32,000 bases of DNA from NCBI GenBank assembly GCA_963815685.1, contig CAWFHT010000012.1, forward strand, positions 159,723-191,722, read 5' to 3'. This DNA comes from an uncultured beta proteobacterium. Lineage in GTDB: Bacteria > Pseudomonadota > Gammaproteobacteria > Burkholderiales > Nitrosomonadaceae. Positions 10,931-18,550 of this stretch are shown one piece after another; positions within the stretch are counted from its first letter, which is position 1; each line of letters starts with the position of its first letter. The notes beneath the pieces were generated by a model. The model searched no databases and was not told the DNA's origin. It saw nothing but the letters and a program-made list of their open reading frames with translations. The position numbers and the translations under genes are program-made.

Positions 10931-11644
10931 TTATTCTTTTCCTTTTTCACCTACTTTGGCACTGGTCTGGAATTCATCGTGATATTTGAATTTTGGTTCA
11001 CCCTCAAAAACACCATCCAGTTTGAAGTGCTCGTGCATGGCCTTCACATCTTTGACCATTTTATCAAAGTCAAAGGTGTATTTCGGATCAACGCTCGGGG
11101 TAAATGGCGTATAAGGCGCTTTCGCTCCTTTCCAGGGTGATCCTTCATAGTTCATGTGACAGGCATTGCAGCTTTCTTCAAAAGCAAAGTCTTGCCCTTT
11201 GTCTGCCAAGGCTTTACGTGGAGTGGTCTTGTTTGATTTCTCAAAGGCTTGTCCTGCCTTGCGATGATCGCCACGGTAATTTTTGCCAGGTCCATGACAG
11301 GATTCACAGCCTACCGCAGCCAGCGGTTTCTTCGGTGCATCAATGGTATAGCCGCCTGTTTTGCCAAATCCGTCCACATGACAACCTACGCAGTCTTTGT
11401 CTTGCGTATAGTCTTTCTCAGGATCCAGCTTGGCTTTGACTTTGGCTTCCTTTTTGGTATTCGGTTTGAGTGATTCCATTGCCTTGGCATGGGCGGTGTC
11501 TTTCCATGATTTGGCTTGCGATTTATGACAGTTGCTACATTTGGTGCGACCTTCAAATGGGGCGTCCGAGGCGGCCATAGCACCGCCTGTCATCAATGCA
11601 AACATTGCTGTAATAGCAAGTGCATAGGCTGTAATGTACTTCAT
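10931..11644 (-). CDS. cycA: tetraheme cytochrome c554
   Basis: 237 aa with a signal peptide and four CXXCH motifs (CSNCH, CVGCH, CESCH, CNACH). Strong SD (AAGAGGAGAG). Located downstream of hao and haoB as in Nitrosomonas. Confidence 0.93.
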   Translation of the reverse strand: MKYITAYALAITAMFALMTGGAMAASDAPFEGRTKCSNCHKSQAKSWKDTAHAKAMESLKPNTKKEAKVKAKLDPEKDYTQDKDCVGCHVDGFGKTGGYTIDAPKKPLAAVGCESCHGPGKNYRGDHRKAGQAFEKSNKTTPRKALADKGQDFAFEESCNACHMNYEGSPWKGAKAPYTPFTPSVDPKYTFDFDKMVKDVKAMHEHFKLDGVFEGEPKFKYHDEFQTSAKVGEKGKE

Positions 11645-11695
11645 GTTCTCTCCTCTTTTTTAATTTGGGTCTTAAATATAATATAGCTAACCGTA

Positions 11696-11723
11696 ATTGT
11701 ACGCGATCACCAGATTGTGTAAA
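11696..11723 (-). promoter_or_regulatory. candidate sigma70 promoter for cycA
   Basis: Minus strand reads TTTACA-16 nt-TACAAT in the 118-bp haoB-cycA spacer. Sequence match only. Confidence 0.35.
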
Positions 11724-11763
11724 TGGTTTTGATGCTGTCAGGGGTATTGCTATGCGCTTCTCT

Positions 11764-12789
11764 TTATGGGAGCTTGTATACCCAGTATCCCCCTTGTTGA
11801 TAAACGAGTTGGGCAGCTTTCAGGTTGAGCGGTGGTTCTTTGTCAGTAAAAGGCAGCATACGGGCAATGAGTGTGTCCGCGCTGCGCTCGTCTAGAAAGA
11901 ATGCCCGAATGTCGCGATCAGAGAGTGATTGCAGCGTATAAGTGCTGTAATTATGTTCTTTCATCTCGACTTTCATGTGGTTGATCAGGCCATGGATATT
12001 GCCTGTCAGGGCGAAGTTTTTGTAGGCCACACCAAATTTGTCCGGGTGCAGCAGCCCTAATTTGTATAAATCAGAGACATGGATCACCAGATAGGCTTCT
12101 TGGTCTGAGCCAATCAATTCACGTAATTTGGCTGCGCCTGCTTCGGGTGATTGCAGGAGCGCTTCAGTGAAACGCCGAAATTGGTCTCGCTCTTTTTCTG
12201 TTGGCACGCTGTGCGAGATGTTGCTTTCATAGGCACGGATAGTATCGCTCTGTTCCTGCCAGCGTCCCGGGATGATGAGCGGTTCGTTTAAGTGCCCGTT
12301 AAATAAGGTGTTGCGCTCCGATAGCAAGTGTATTTGACGGGAGGTGTCCCACCAGGCAAGGATGAGGGCGTCCCGGGAGGCGTGTTTGCCGATCGCACTG
12401 GCTAATGCGCTCAGTTCCGATGGCTTGCGATCCAGGGTGATCAGCGGTTCTCCAGTGTGATTTTCCCAGTTGAGGAGCACCGGCGATTCTTTTTCTCGTT
12501 GCCCAAAATAGGCGAGCGCAATGGGTTTGTCTCTTTCTGTGACGCGTATTTCATATTTGCTGATCTTGAGGGTCGGCCAGGCTTCCAGTTCGAGTTCTGG
12601 AAATTTGCTCGCTTCCCCTTCTGCGCCCAGGTGGTATTGATAGGGGGCAGTCGCCGGTTTCAGCCAGATATAAGCAAACCAGCTGAGTAAAATGAAACCT
12701 CCCGTTACGAGCGTGATACCTAGTAACGGGAGGAGCTTGTCTAGCCAGCGCACCCCGGGGGTGCGCTGCTTGTCATTTGCAGTACTCAA
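11764..12789 (-). CDS. haoB: HaoB (orf2) membrane-anchored protein of the hao cluster
   Basis: 341-aa ORF with an N-terminal TM helix and no heme motif, sitting between hao and cycA. The track start is a TTG overlapping the hao TGA; GTG at 12753 is an alternative start. Confidence 0.85.
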   Translation of the reverse strand: MSTANDKQRTPGVRWLDKLLPLLGITLVTGGFILLSWFAYIWLKPATAPYQYHLGAEGEASKFPELELEAWPTLKISKYEIRVTERDKPIALAYFGQREKESPVLLNWENHTGEPLITLDRKPSELSALASAIGKHASRDALILAWWDTSRQIHLLSERNTLFNGHLNEPLIIPGRWQEQSDTIRAYESNISHSVPTEKERDQFRRFTEALLQSPEAGAAKLRELIGSDQEAYLVIHVSDLYKLGLLHPDKFGVAYKNFALTGNIHGLINHMKVEMKEHNYSTYTLQSLSDRDIRAFFLDERSADTLIARMLPFTDKEPPLNLKAAQLVYQQGGYWVYKLP

Positions 12790-14498
12790 GCTTCGTTTTG
12801 CTTACGTTTACGCCAGCCAATCAGCGCTAATGTGCCTGCTAGCAGCAGGCCGCCGCCTAGTCCGCCCAGTGAGATTTTTTCACTGGTGCTGTTCAGGTCT
12901 AGCAGACTGGTTTTTGTTGCTTCCAGTTTGTTGACGCGCTCTTGCAGGGTTACCATTTCGCGCAGTCTGGTGTGTTCGTCTTGAATTTCAACATAAGCGC
13001 GATTCATCGGACCCCATCCTTCAGTATAGGTCCAGCCACCAGGGTTGACGTGGGCAAAGCCTACGTGCATCTTGGCAAGGTCATTTTCAGCCATTTCCAG
13101 CACCTTGAGTTCTAGCGATGCAGGGTTGTTGCCTTTCGACCAGAATAGTTGGGTGAATTGGCCGAATCCTGGTTTGTCAGGTGCAGGGGGTGCCGGACGA
13201 TTGGTTTTTTGTCCCGTCAGCAGGCCTTCATCGTAGAGTTTCTTCACGATGTCATGGGCTTCCTGGTATTTGGCAAGGCCTTCTAAGGTGCCTTTGTCCA
13301 TGAGTTCCAGGTAGGTGCGGGCAAAACGTTCTGAGTGACATTGGCTGCAGGTTGCTGCCCAGGAGTCGAGTCGTTTTTCTGACCATTCGCTGGTGATGTT
13401 TTCAGCAACACCTGGAACAAATGGATAGTTGGCCCAGCGTACTTTTCTGACCATGTTGTGGGCGTATTCGCCTTCATATTCCATGTGGCAGCTGGCACAG
13501 GTGGGGGCGCTTTGTCCGCCTTTGGCAAAAGCGTCCTTCAGCGGTACGTCCCAGTTCCATTTGTCGCCCATCATGGCCGTCACTTTGCCGTGCTTGGACA
13601 TGGAGTAGGCTTCCCAGTTGTTGTGGTCTACCCCGCTGTGGCAGGTAGCACAGGCTTCCGGTTTACGGGATTCTGCCGCAGAAAATTCATGTCGGGTATG
13701 GCAGCCGTCACATTTGTTCTGGTTGTAATGACACATGGAGCAGCCGTCAGCCACTTCTCGTTGCGGCATTGCCGCCCAGACTGTCGTCTCAACGTTGGCT
13801 TTCCAGTCCAGTGCATGGGAGGGACGCCCTTCCGGCCATTGTCCATTCGGGAAAATCATGGTGTCGCGTTCCGATTCACGCTCGGCAAATTCTCGCAGGT
13901 GGCAGGTGCCGCATACGTCCGCTGTCGGCATGATGATGTCTTTGGTGTGATCCGCTTTCTTCTTGGCGTTCACTTCTACGTGACAGTCGATACAGCCGAC
14001 TTCCTTTAGATTTTCTTTTGCACCCAGTTTGCCCAGTGAACGCAGGTTATTTTCTACTTCTTCCAGCTTTTCCTTTTTGTAATATTTCGGATCGTCTGAC
14101 TTCAGGGCACGTACTTTGTCTAAGTTGGCATGGGTGCTGCGTTTCCATGCTTGCACCCAGACCGGTGATTCGTCTGAGTGACATTCTACGCATTCTTTAC
14201 GACTGGCGACTTCCTTCATCGAGGAAGGTGGTTTGTAAAAGGTGTTCGGGTCCAAATACATGCTATAGGGAATCGGCTCCCAGTATTCAGCCATCGTGCC
14301 ACGCCCCGCCCCTTGCGCAGGATCCTTGTAGCGCTTGACCAGCGCGTCGTAGGTCTCCTTCGGCGTCGCCTTGCTACGATCCAATTTCAATGCCTTGTAC
14401 GTCTCATCCGGTACGGTCGATAGGTTCGCATGCAGTGCTCCCGCAAACATTACTCCACAGGCTATCGCTAGCCCCTTCAGCCATCTCGTGGCATCCAT
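12786..14498 (-). CDS. haoA: hydroxylamine oxidoreductase (octaheme HAO precursor)
   Basis: 570 aa with a signal peptide and eight CXXCH motifs (CVECH, CIDCH, CGTCH, CSMCH, CDGCH, CATCH, CASCH, CSQCH). GGWTYTEGW context of the cross-linking Tyr. Gly-rich hydrophobic C-terminal tail. Confidence 0.97.
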   Translation of the reverse strand: MDATRWLKGLAIACGVMFAGALHANLSTVPDETYKALKLDRSKATPKETYDALVKRYKDPAQGAGRGTMAEYWEPIPYSMYLDPNTFYKPPSSMKEVASRKECVECHSDESPVWVQAWKRSTHANLDKVRALKSDDPKYYKKEKLEEVENNLRSLGKLGAKENLKEVGCIDCHVEVNAKKKADHTKDIIMPTADVCGTCHLREFAERESERDTMIFPNGQWPEGRPSHALDWKANVETTVWAAMPQREVADGCSMCHYNQNKCDGCHTRHEFSAAESRKPEACATCHSGVDHNNWEAYSMSKHGKVTAMMGDKWNWDVPLKDAFAKGGQSAPTCASCHMEYEGEYAHNMVRKVRWANYPFVPGVAENITSEWSEKRLDSWAATCSQCHSERFARTYLELMDKGTLEGLAKYQEAHDIVKKLYDEGLLTGQKTNRPAPPAPDKPGFGQFTQLFWSKGNNPASLELKVLEMAENDLAKMHVGFAHVNPGGWTYTEGWGPMNRAYVEIQDEHTRLREMVTLQERVNKLEATKTSLLDLNSTSEKISLGGLGGGLLLAGTLALIGWRKRKQNEA

Positions 14499-14619
14499 TC
14501 CTCTCTCCTTCTTATCTTATGTTGTTATCCCATTCATGCCCATCTAAAATGGCTATCCATTCCTCCCGATAGCTTGAGCATAAAACCAATACTTCTTTTT
14601 TCTTTACTCGTAACTGCCA

Positions 14620-14649
14620 AGCCTACTTTCTTAACCATATCTATGTCAA
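14620..14649 (-). promoter_or_regulatory. candidate sigma70 promoter upstream of hao
   Basis: Minus strand reads TTGACA-18 nt-TAGGCT, about 120-150 nt upstream of the hao ATG. Pattern match only. Confidence 0.3.
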
Positions 14650-14696
14650 GGATTTTGGGTGATAAATTATTACCCAGTTAATTAGATTATGATTTT

Positions 14697-15470
14697 TCAG
14701 CAATTTATTTCTTTAGCTGGATTTTTTTTAGGCCGCAAGAAAAAGTACGCTACCCCCCCTCCTAAGCCGAGCAAGAGCATGATCTCCAGCATACCAATAC
14801 CACCGCCATGACCACCATGCCCACCATCTCCGCCAACATGTAGCGGAACACGAACAGCAGTACGGACAGTGTCACCTTCTACTTTTTCCAATAATATTGC
14901 ATATTGACCAAGCTCCTTCAACTCTGTCGCAACAACAACAATTCCAGAAGGATATGTCGTGGGTGACATATAAAAACCATCCTGTGCTACAGCACTGTGT
15001 GCTTTATCTTTATGCTCTTCGTGTTTATCCACCTCATGCCCAGCATGAGCATCTTGACCTTTATGCTCATCATGATTCTTATGATTCATTTCATGATCTT
15101 GCTCTTTGCTGACGTTGTTATGCGCCGCTGCATTGCCCTTAACTTCTCCCCCATGTCCCTCATGCCCCTCTTTTACAAGACGTACGGCAAGCGGTATCTC
15201 ACGCGCTTCGGTAGGCAATTCAATCGTCACATTTACTTTTCCAACATTTGGCACATGATCACAATATGAATGCATGGGTGGAATATCACCTTCCGGCACT
15301 TCATAAATGCTGACAGTTACCGGAAAATCTCCCGCTTTAACTTGACATCCGCCATGCCCAGCATGATGCCCTTCATGCGCAAGCATCAACTGCGCATGAA
15401 GGGAAAAAGCTGCTAATGACAATATTACTGCTGCGCATAATTGCATAATATTACGTGAAGCCTTTCTCAT
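14697..15470 (-). CDS. histidine-rich secreted protein with a C-terminal membrane anchor (putative periplasmic metal-binding protein, unknown family)
   Basis: I place the start at ATG 15470 (GGAGAA SD 4 nt upstream) rather than the track's TTG at 15500. It has a signal peptide (..AAFSLHA) and about 22 His by my count, including HEGHH, HEGHEGHGG, a DH/NH/EH/KH-rich insert and GGHGGHGGG. A Gly-rich TM helix plus basic tail follows. Confidence 0.7.
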   Translation of the reverse strand: MRKASRNIMQLCAAVILSLAAFSLHAQLMLAHEGHHAGHGGCQVKAGDFPVTVSIYEVPEGDIPPMHSYCDHVPNVGKVNVTIELPTEAREIPLAVRLVKEGHEGHGGEVKGNAAAHNNVSKEQDHEMNHKNHDEHKGQDAHAGHEVDKHEEHKDKAHSAVAQDGFYMSPTTYPSGIVVVATELKELGQYAILLEKVEGDTVRTAVRVPLHVGGDGGHGGHGGGIGMLEIMLLLGLGGGVAYFFLRPKKNPAKEINC

Positions 15471-15521
15471 ACTTTCTCCAGAATCTTTAATCTTAACCAA
15501 CTTGTAATTGTAACCTGCTCA

Positions 15522-15538
15522 GCAATATTGAATATTGC
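15522..15538. promoter_or_regulatory. perfect 8-1-8 palindrome GCAATATTgAATATTGC upstream of the His-rich gene (candidate operator)
   Basis: Read directly; lies 52-68 nt upstream of the ATG at 15470. Confidence 0.35.
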
Positions 15539-15824
15539 CCAGCATATTTGCTCGTGATTGATTGTATAACAAAATTTAAGGAAGGTCTGAATAAGTGTGC
15601 CATGGGGATAATATAGAGCATGCATTAGAGCATATATTCACATTAATACCAAATAGATAGCATTAAAATCAGCAATCCTAGCTTTGTGACGCCACTAAAT
15701 AGCGACTAATCTTCAATACTTTTTAGGCAGGATCTTCTAAAGATAAAGAATATGCTCAATGAGGAAGAATTACTGATATTTACAACAAGTTATAAAACAT
15801 GACTACAAAAAAGTTTTTAAATGT

Positions 15825-15834
15825 ACTTTTTGAT
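15825..15834. repeat. left copy of the 10-bp target-site duplication ACTTTTTGAT of the ISAs1-family element
   Basis: Identical 10-mer at 17890-17899, directly abutting both terminal inverted repeats. Confidence 0.9.
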
Positions 15835-15848
15835 CAGGGCAATCGCGC

Positions 15849-16535
15849 TTAAATTATCCCAATAATCCGACGTAAATACTCATTATCCCATCCGGCTTTT
15901 AAACGCTTGGTCTTGATGCCAACCTTGGATGTTTTTTCGGCCTTGATCAGATTCAGGGCGATATGCCGGATAACAGCCAGATTCGCAGCACTATGTCCCT
16001 TGCGAGTCCGATTGCTGTCTTCATCAAAGGCTATATCAAGAACCCAGTGCAAATTGTTCTCTATAGCCCAATGCGCCCGCACCACACGCTCTAATCGCTC
16101 TAGATCATTCGCATCAAGGCTACTGATGAAATAGCGTATTTCCTCGGTCACTTTGTTATCGGTTTCTCTTTTGGCGGTAACGGCGATAATGCTTTGTAAG
16201 CTTTTCCAGTCATGCCGTTCCTGGAGCCAAGCTATATCGGCTGTTGCTCGAATTGAGCGGGTTTCAATTCGGCCATGCTCACCTTCATAGCTAACCGAGG
16301 CCACTGCCGGCGATAAAGATGACGTGAAAAATGTTTTCACATCGTCGTGTAAGTTGCCCTGATTGCCTTTCAGGCTAAACACATAGTCACCGCCTTGCTG
16401 TTTAATCTGTTCGGCAATTTTCTTTTGGCAGCCCATGGCGTCGGTAGTAATCACTGCCCCTGCGATACCAAGCCTTGAAAGCAATTTGGGAATGGCGGTG
16501 ATTTCATTTGATTTGTCATCGACTTTAACTTGGCC
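15849..16535 (-). pseudogene. ISAs1-family transposase, C-terminal fragment (interrupted)
   Basis: GQVKVDDKSNEITAIPKLL...TTDAMGCQK...HWAIENNLHWVLD is typical of ISAs1/H-repeat transposases. Continues in register from 17388. Confidence 0.85.
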
Positions 16536-16538
16536 TAA

Positions 16539-17387
16539 GAGCCTGTTCAAAGTCTTTGTAGTAACAATGCCAAGAAAGCAAGATGGACGAACTGTAGGCT
16601 AGTGTTGAGCTTGCGTTCACAATTTTTCCATAGCCGCCGGCATTTTTCCAACCATGCGAAAGAGCGTTCTACCACCCAGCGTTTCGGCATCACAGAAAAC
16701 ATGTGTAATTGATTGCGCCGAGCAATCTGCACAGTTGCGTCAATTGTGGTCTTCACTGCTTCAGCGAACGGTTGTCCCACATAACCGCCGTCAGCCAATA
16801 CACTTTGCACTCTATCCAGGTTCGTCTTACACCGATCCATCGCCTGCAACGCTCCCTTGCGATCAGTGACCTCCGCCGTAGTGACTGCAATTGCATGTGG
16901 CAACCCCTGCGTATCCACCGCAATATGGCGTTTGATACCCGAAACCTTCTTGCCCGCGTCATAACCCTTTTGGTTCGCCGTATCCGTGTTCTTCACACTC
17001 TGCGCGTCTATGATCAAATAGGACGTGCAGGCGTTGCGCCCCTGTCTCATACGGGCCGCGCCAACCTGATTTTTTAAGTGCCTGCTCCAGCAGGCTCACT
17101 CCATCTTTATCCGGCTCGCTCCAAATAGCAAAGTACGAATGGACCGTACGCCACTTCGGAAATTCGCTTGGCAACATGCGCCACTGGCAACCACTCTTGA
17201 GTAAATACAACACCGCACAAAATACTTCGTATAAATCGATTCGACACGGACTGGTCTTCTTGCGCGCACTTTCCAGCAGCGAGCGCACCTGCTCGAATTG
17301 TTCGCGACTGATATCGCTTGGATAACGTGTTCTCATCCTGCAAGTATCACACTTTTTCCGTCAAACCAAAAGACTTTGAACAGGTTC
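16539..17387 (-). mobile_element. IS5-family element (IS1031/IS427-group-like), 849 bp, inserted inside the ISAs1 transposase gene
   Basis: Terminal IRs GAGCCTGTTCAAAGTCTTT / GAACCTGTTCAAAGTCTTT match 18 of 19. A 3-bp TSD TAA lies at 16536-16538 and 17388-17390. Size, GAG end and 3-bp duplication fit this group. Confidence 0.88.
16547..17336 (-). CDS. IS5-family DDE transposase encoded in two overlapping frames (orfA 17336-16959, orfB from about 17095 to 16547)
   Basis: orfA reads RYPSD.S.EQF...GCQWRMLP..FP.W.TV; orfB reads IIDAQSVKNTD...GYDAGKKV.G.KRH.AVDT.GL...LADGGY...ERSFAWL. The frames join at the A6 run 17070-17075, with orfB at +1 relative to orfA. Confidence 0.85.
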
Positions 17388-17816
17388 TAAGACCAGATTG
17401 TTGTGCTGAGCCCAAGCGCTGACCATGTAGATGGCGGCTTTTTTTGAGGCCTTGTCGATGCTACGTCTTAAACACTTACCATCTATCACAATCACTTCGC
17501 CTTCGGTGATGTTGGCCAGGTCAGCAACCCAACGGGAAAAACAAACGCTGAACTGCTCGGTATCAATGGCGGCGTAAACTTCCCCGAAGGTATCGTGCGA
17601 AGGTATGCTATGCTCCAAGCCCAGCAATTCGGTGAACCACGCCTCTTTTGCCAAGCCAAATTGTTCAATGGCAACCCAATTATCTGCACCACAAATCGTA
17701 GCGCAGATGCTGATAAAGAAAATATCTTGTAGCTGATGTTTCTTTTGTCTGTTTACTCGGGGGTCTTTAATGCTCGAAAAGTGATGGATAATTGAAGGTG
17801 TTGGCTTTGCTATCAT
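17388..17816 (-). pseudogene. ISAs1-family transposase, N-terminal fragment (interrupted)
   Basis: MIAKPTPSIIHHFSSIKDPRVNRQKKHQL.DI..I..CA.ICGADNW is a typical ISAs1 N-terminus. The ORF runs into the IS5 end and stops at 17361. Confidence 0.85.
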
Positions 17817-17889
17817 TTAAAATCAAAATGATAGTGTTATTACCCTATCTAAATTCTATTTTCAAGCACTTTTAAGCGCGATTGCCCTG

Positions 17890-17899
17890 ACTTTTTGAT
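17890..17899. repeat. right copy of the 10-bp ISAs1 target-site duplication ACTTTTTGAT
   Basis: See 15825-15834. Confidence 0.9.
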
Positions 17900-17939
17900 T
17901 AAGAAAGTATCATTTTAGAAATTTATTTACTATAATTTA

Positions 17940-17956
17940 ATGCAACTAAGTTGCAT
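17940..17956. promoter_or_regulatory. palindrome ATGCAACTaAGTTGCAT 3 nt after a TATAAT hexamer; candidate operator, possibly autoregulatory
   Basis: Perfect 8-1-8 palindrome; TATAAT at 17931-17936; 12 nt upstream of the regulator ATG. The same core recurs at 18480-18496. Confidence 0.5.
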
Positions 17957-17967
17957 ATTTCTTTTCC

Positions 17968-18408
17968 ATGCCAAATAACTTCTATGAAAAAGCTAAAGAG
18001 CTGATTAGATATACTGGGGATCGAGCCACTCATCACAGACTCCGAACGCTTGCCACACTACTGGCAGAGCAATATGCACTCACCCATCGCGAGATTGAAG
18101 AACGATTAAATGTAAAAGAACAGCTGGATCGCGTAACCCTTTACCGTGTTCTTGAATGGTTGAGTAAGAAAAATCTAGTACACAAAATCGCAGGAGATGA
18201 TCGAGTATGGCGCTTCCGTGTCAATATGGAATTACATTCACATCAACACGCGCATTTCATATGTACACGGTGCACCAAGGTTACATGTCTGAATGATTTC
18301 AGAATTAAACCCAATCCTTCCTTGCCACTTAATCCTTCCTTGCCACTTGGTTATTTATTTCATGAAATTGAATTAACGGTTAAAGGGCTATGTGCTGAAT
18401 GCGCTTGA
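17968..18408 (+). CDS. Fur-family metalloregulator paralogue (metal specificity unknown)
   Basis: 146 aa with a winged-helix N-domain (RVTLYRVLEWL), a His cluster HSHQHAHFIC, and two CxxC pairs (CTRC ... CAEC). Confidence 0.85.
   Translation: MPNNFYEKAKELIRYTGDRATHHRLRTLATLLAEQYALTHREIEERLNVKEQLDRVTLYRVLEWLSKKNLVHKIAGDDRVWRFRVNMELHSHQHAHFICTRCTKVTCLNDFRIKPNPSLPLNPSLPLGYLFHEIELTVKGLCAECA
18313..18348 (+). repeat. perfect 18-bp tandem duplication (aatccttccttgccactt x2) inside the Fur-family gene
   Basis: Read directly. In-frame, giving NPSLPL-NPSLPL between the two CxxC pairs. Confidence 0.95.
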
Positions 18409-18472
18409 TGGATCAGCCATTCAGAAAAAAAGAATAACAACAATTTTTTGCAAAATGATTACTCTTTATTCC

Positions 18473-18503
18473 CTATAAAATGCAACTGAGTTGCATTTTA
18501 TAG
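18473..18503. promoter_or_regulatory. 31-bp perfect palindrome with core ATGCAACTgAGTTGCAT, overlapping a TATAAA hexamer upstream of the TonB-dependent receptor gene
   Basis: ctataaaatgcaact-g-agttgcattttatag has 15-bp arms. It sits 65 nt after the regulator stop and 48 nt before the ATG at 18551. It could also act as a hairpin. Confidence 0.5.
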
Positions 18504-18550
18504 AAGCGACAATTCCCTCGACACCTAACTATAAAGCATTATTCATCAGC

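Larger units (their letters stand above)
15835..17889 (-). mobile_element. ISAs1-family insertion sequence (1203 bp of its own sequence) carrying a nested IS5-family element
   Basis: Perfect 19-bp terminal IRs (CAGGGCAATCGCGCTTAAA at 15835-15853, reverse complement at 17871-17889) and a 10-bp TSD. The split transposase reading frame is restored exactly on removing 852 bp. Confidence 0.88.

Noticed and set aside
13458-14009. 183-aa plus-strand ORF, along with other long ORFs at 13045-13236, 13735-13950, 14018-14338 and 14178-14423, all antisense to hao
   Set aside because: They lie fully inside the strongly supported octaheme HAO gene. They have no SD or recognisable motifs. Long shadow ORFs are expected opposite a relatively GC-rich, codon-biased gene.
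18473-18503. The 31-bp palindrome read purely as the terminator of the Fur-family gene
   Set aside because: This is not excluded. However, the stem is AT-rich with a 1-nt centre and no downstream T-tract beyond the arm itself. The same 17-bp core also occurs upstream of the regulator, where a terminator makes no sense, so an operator is the more economical reading.
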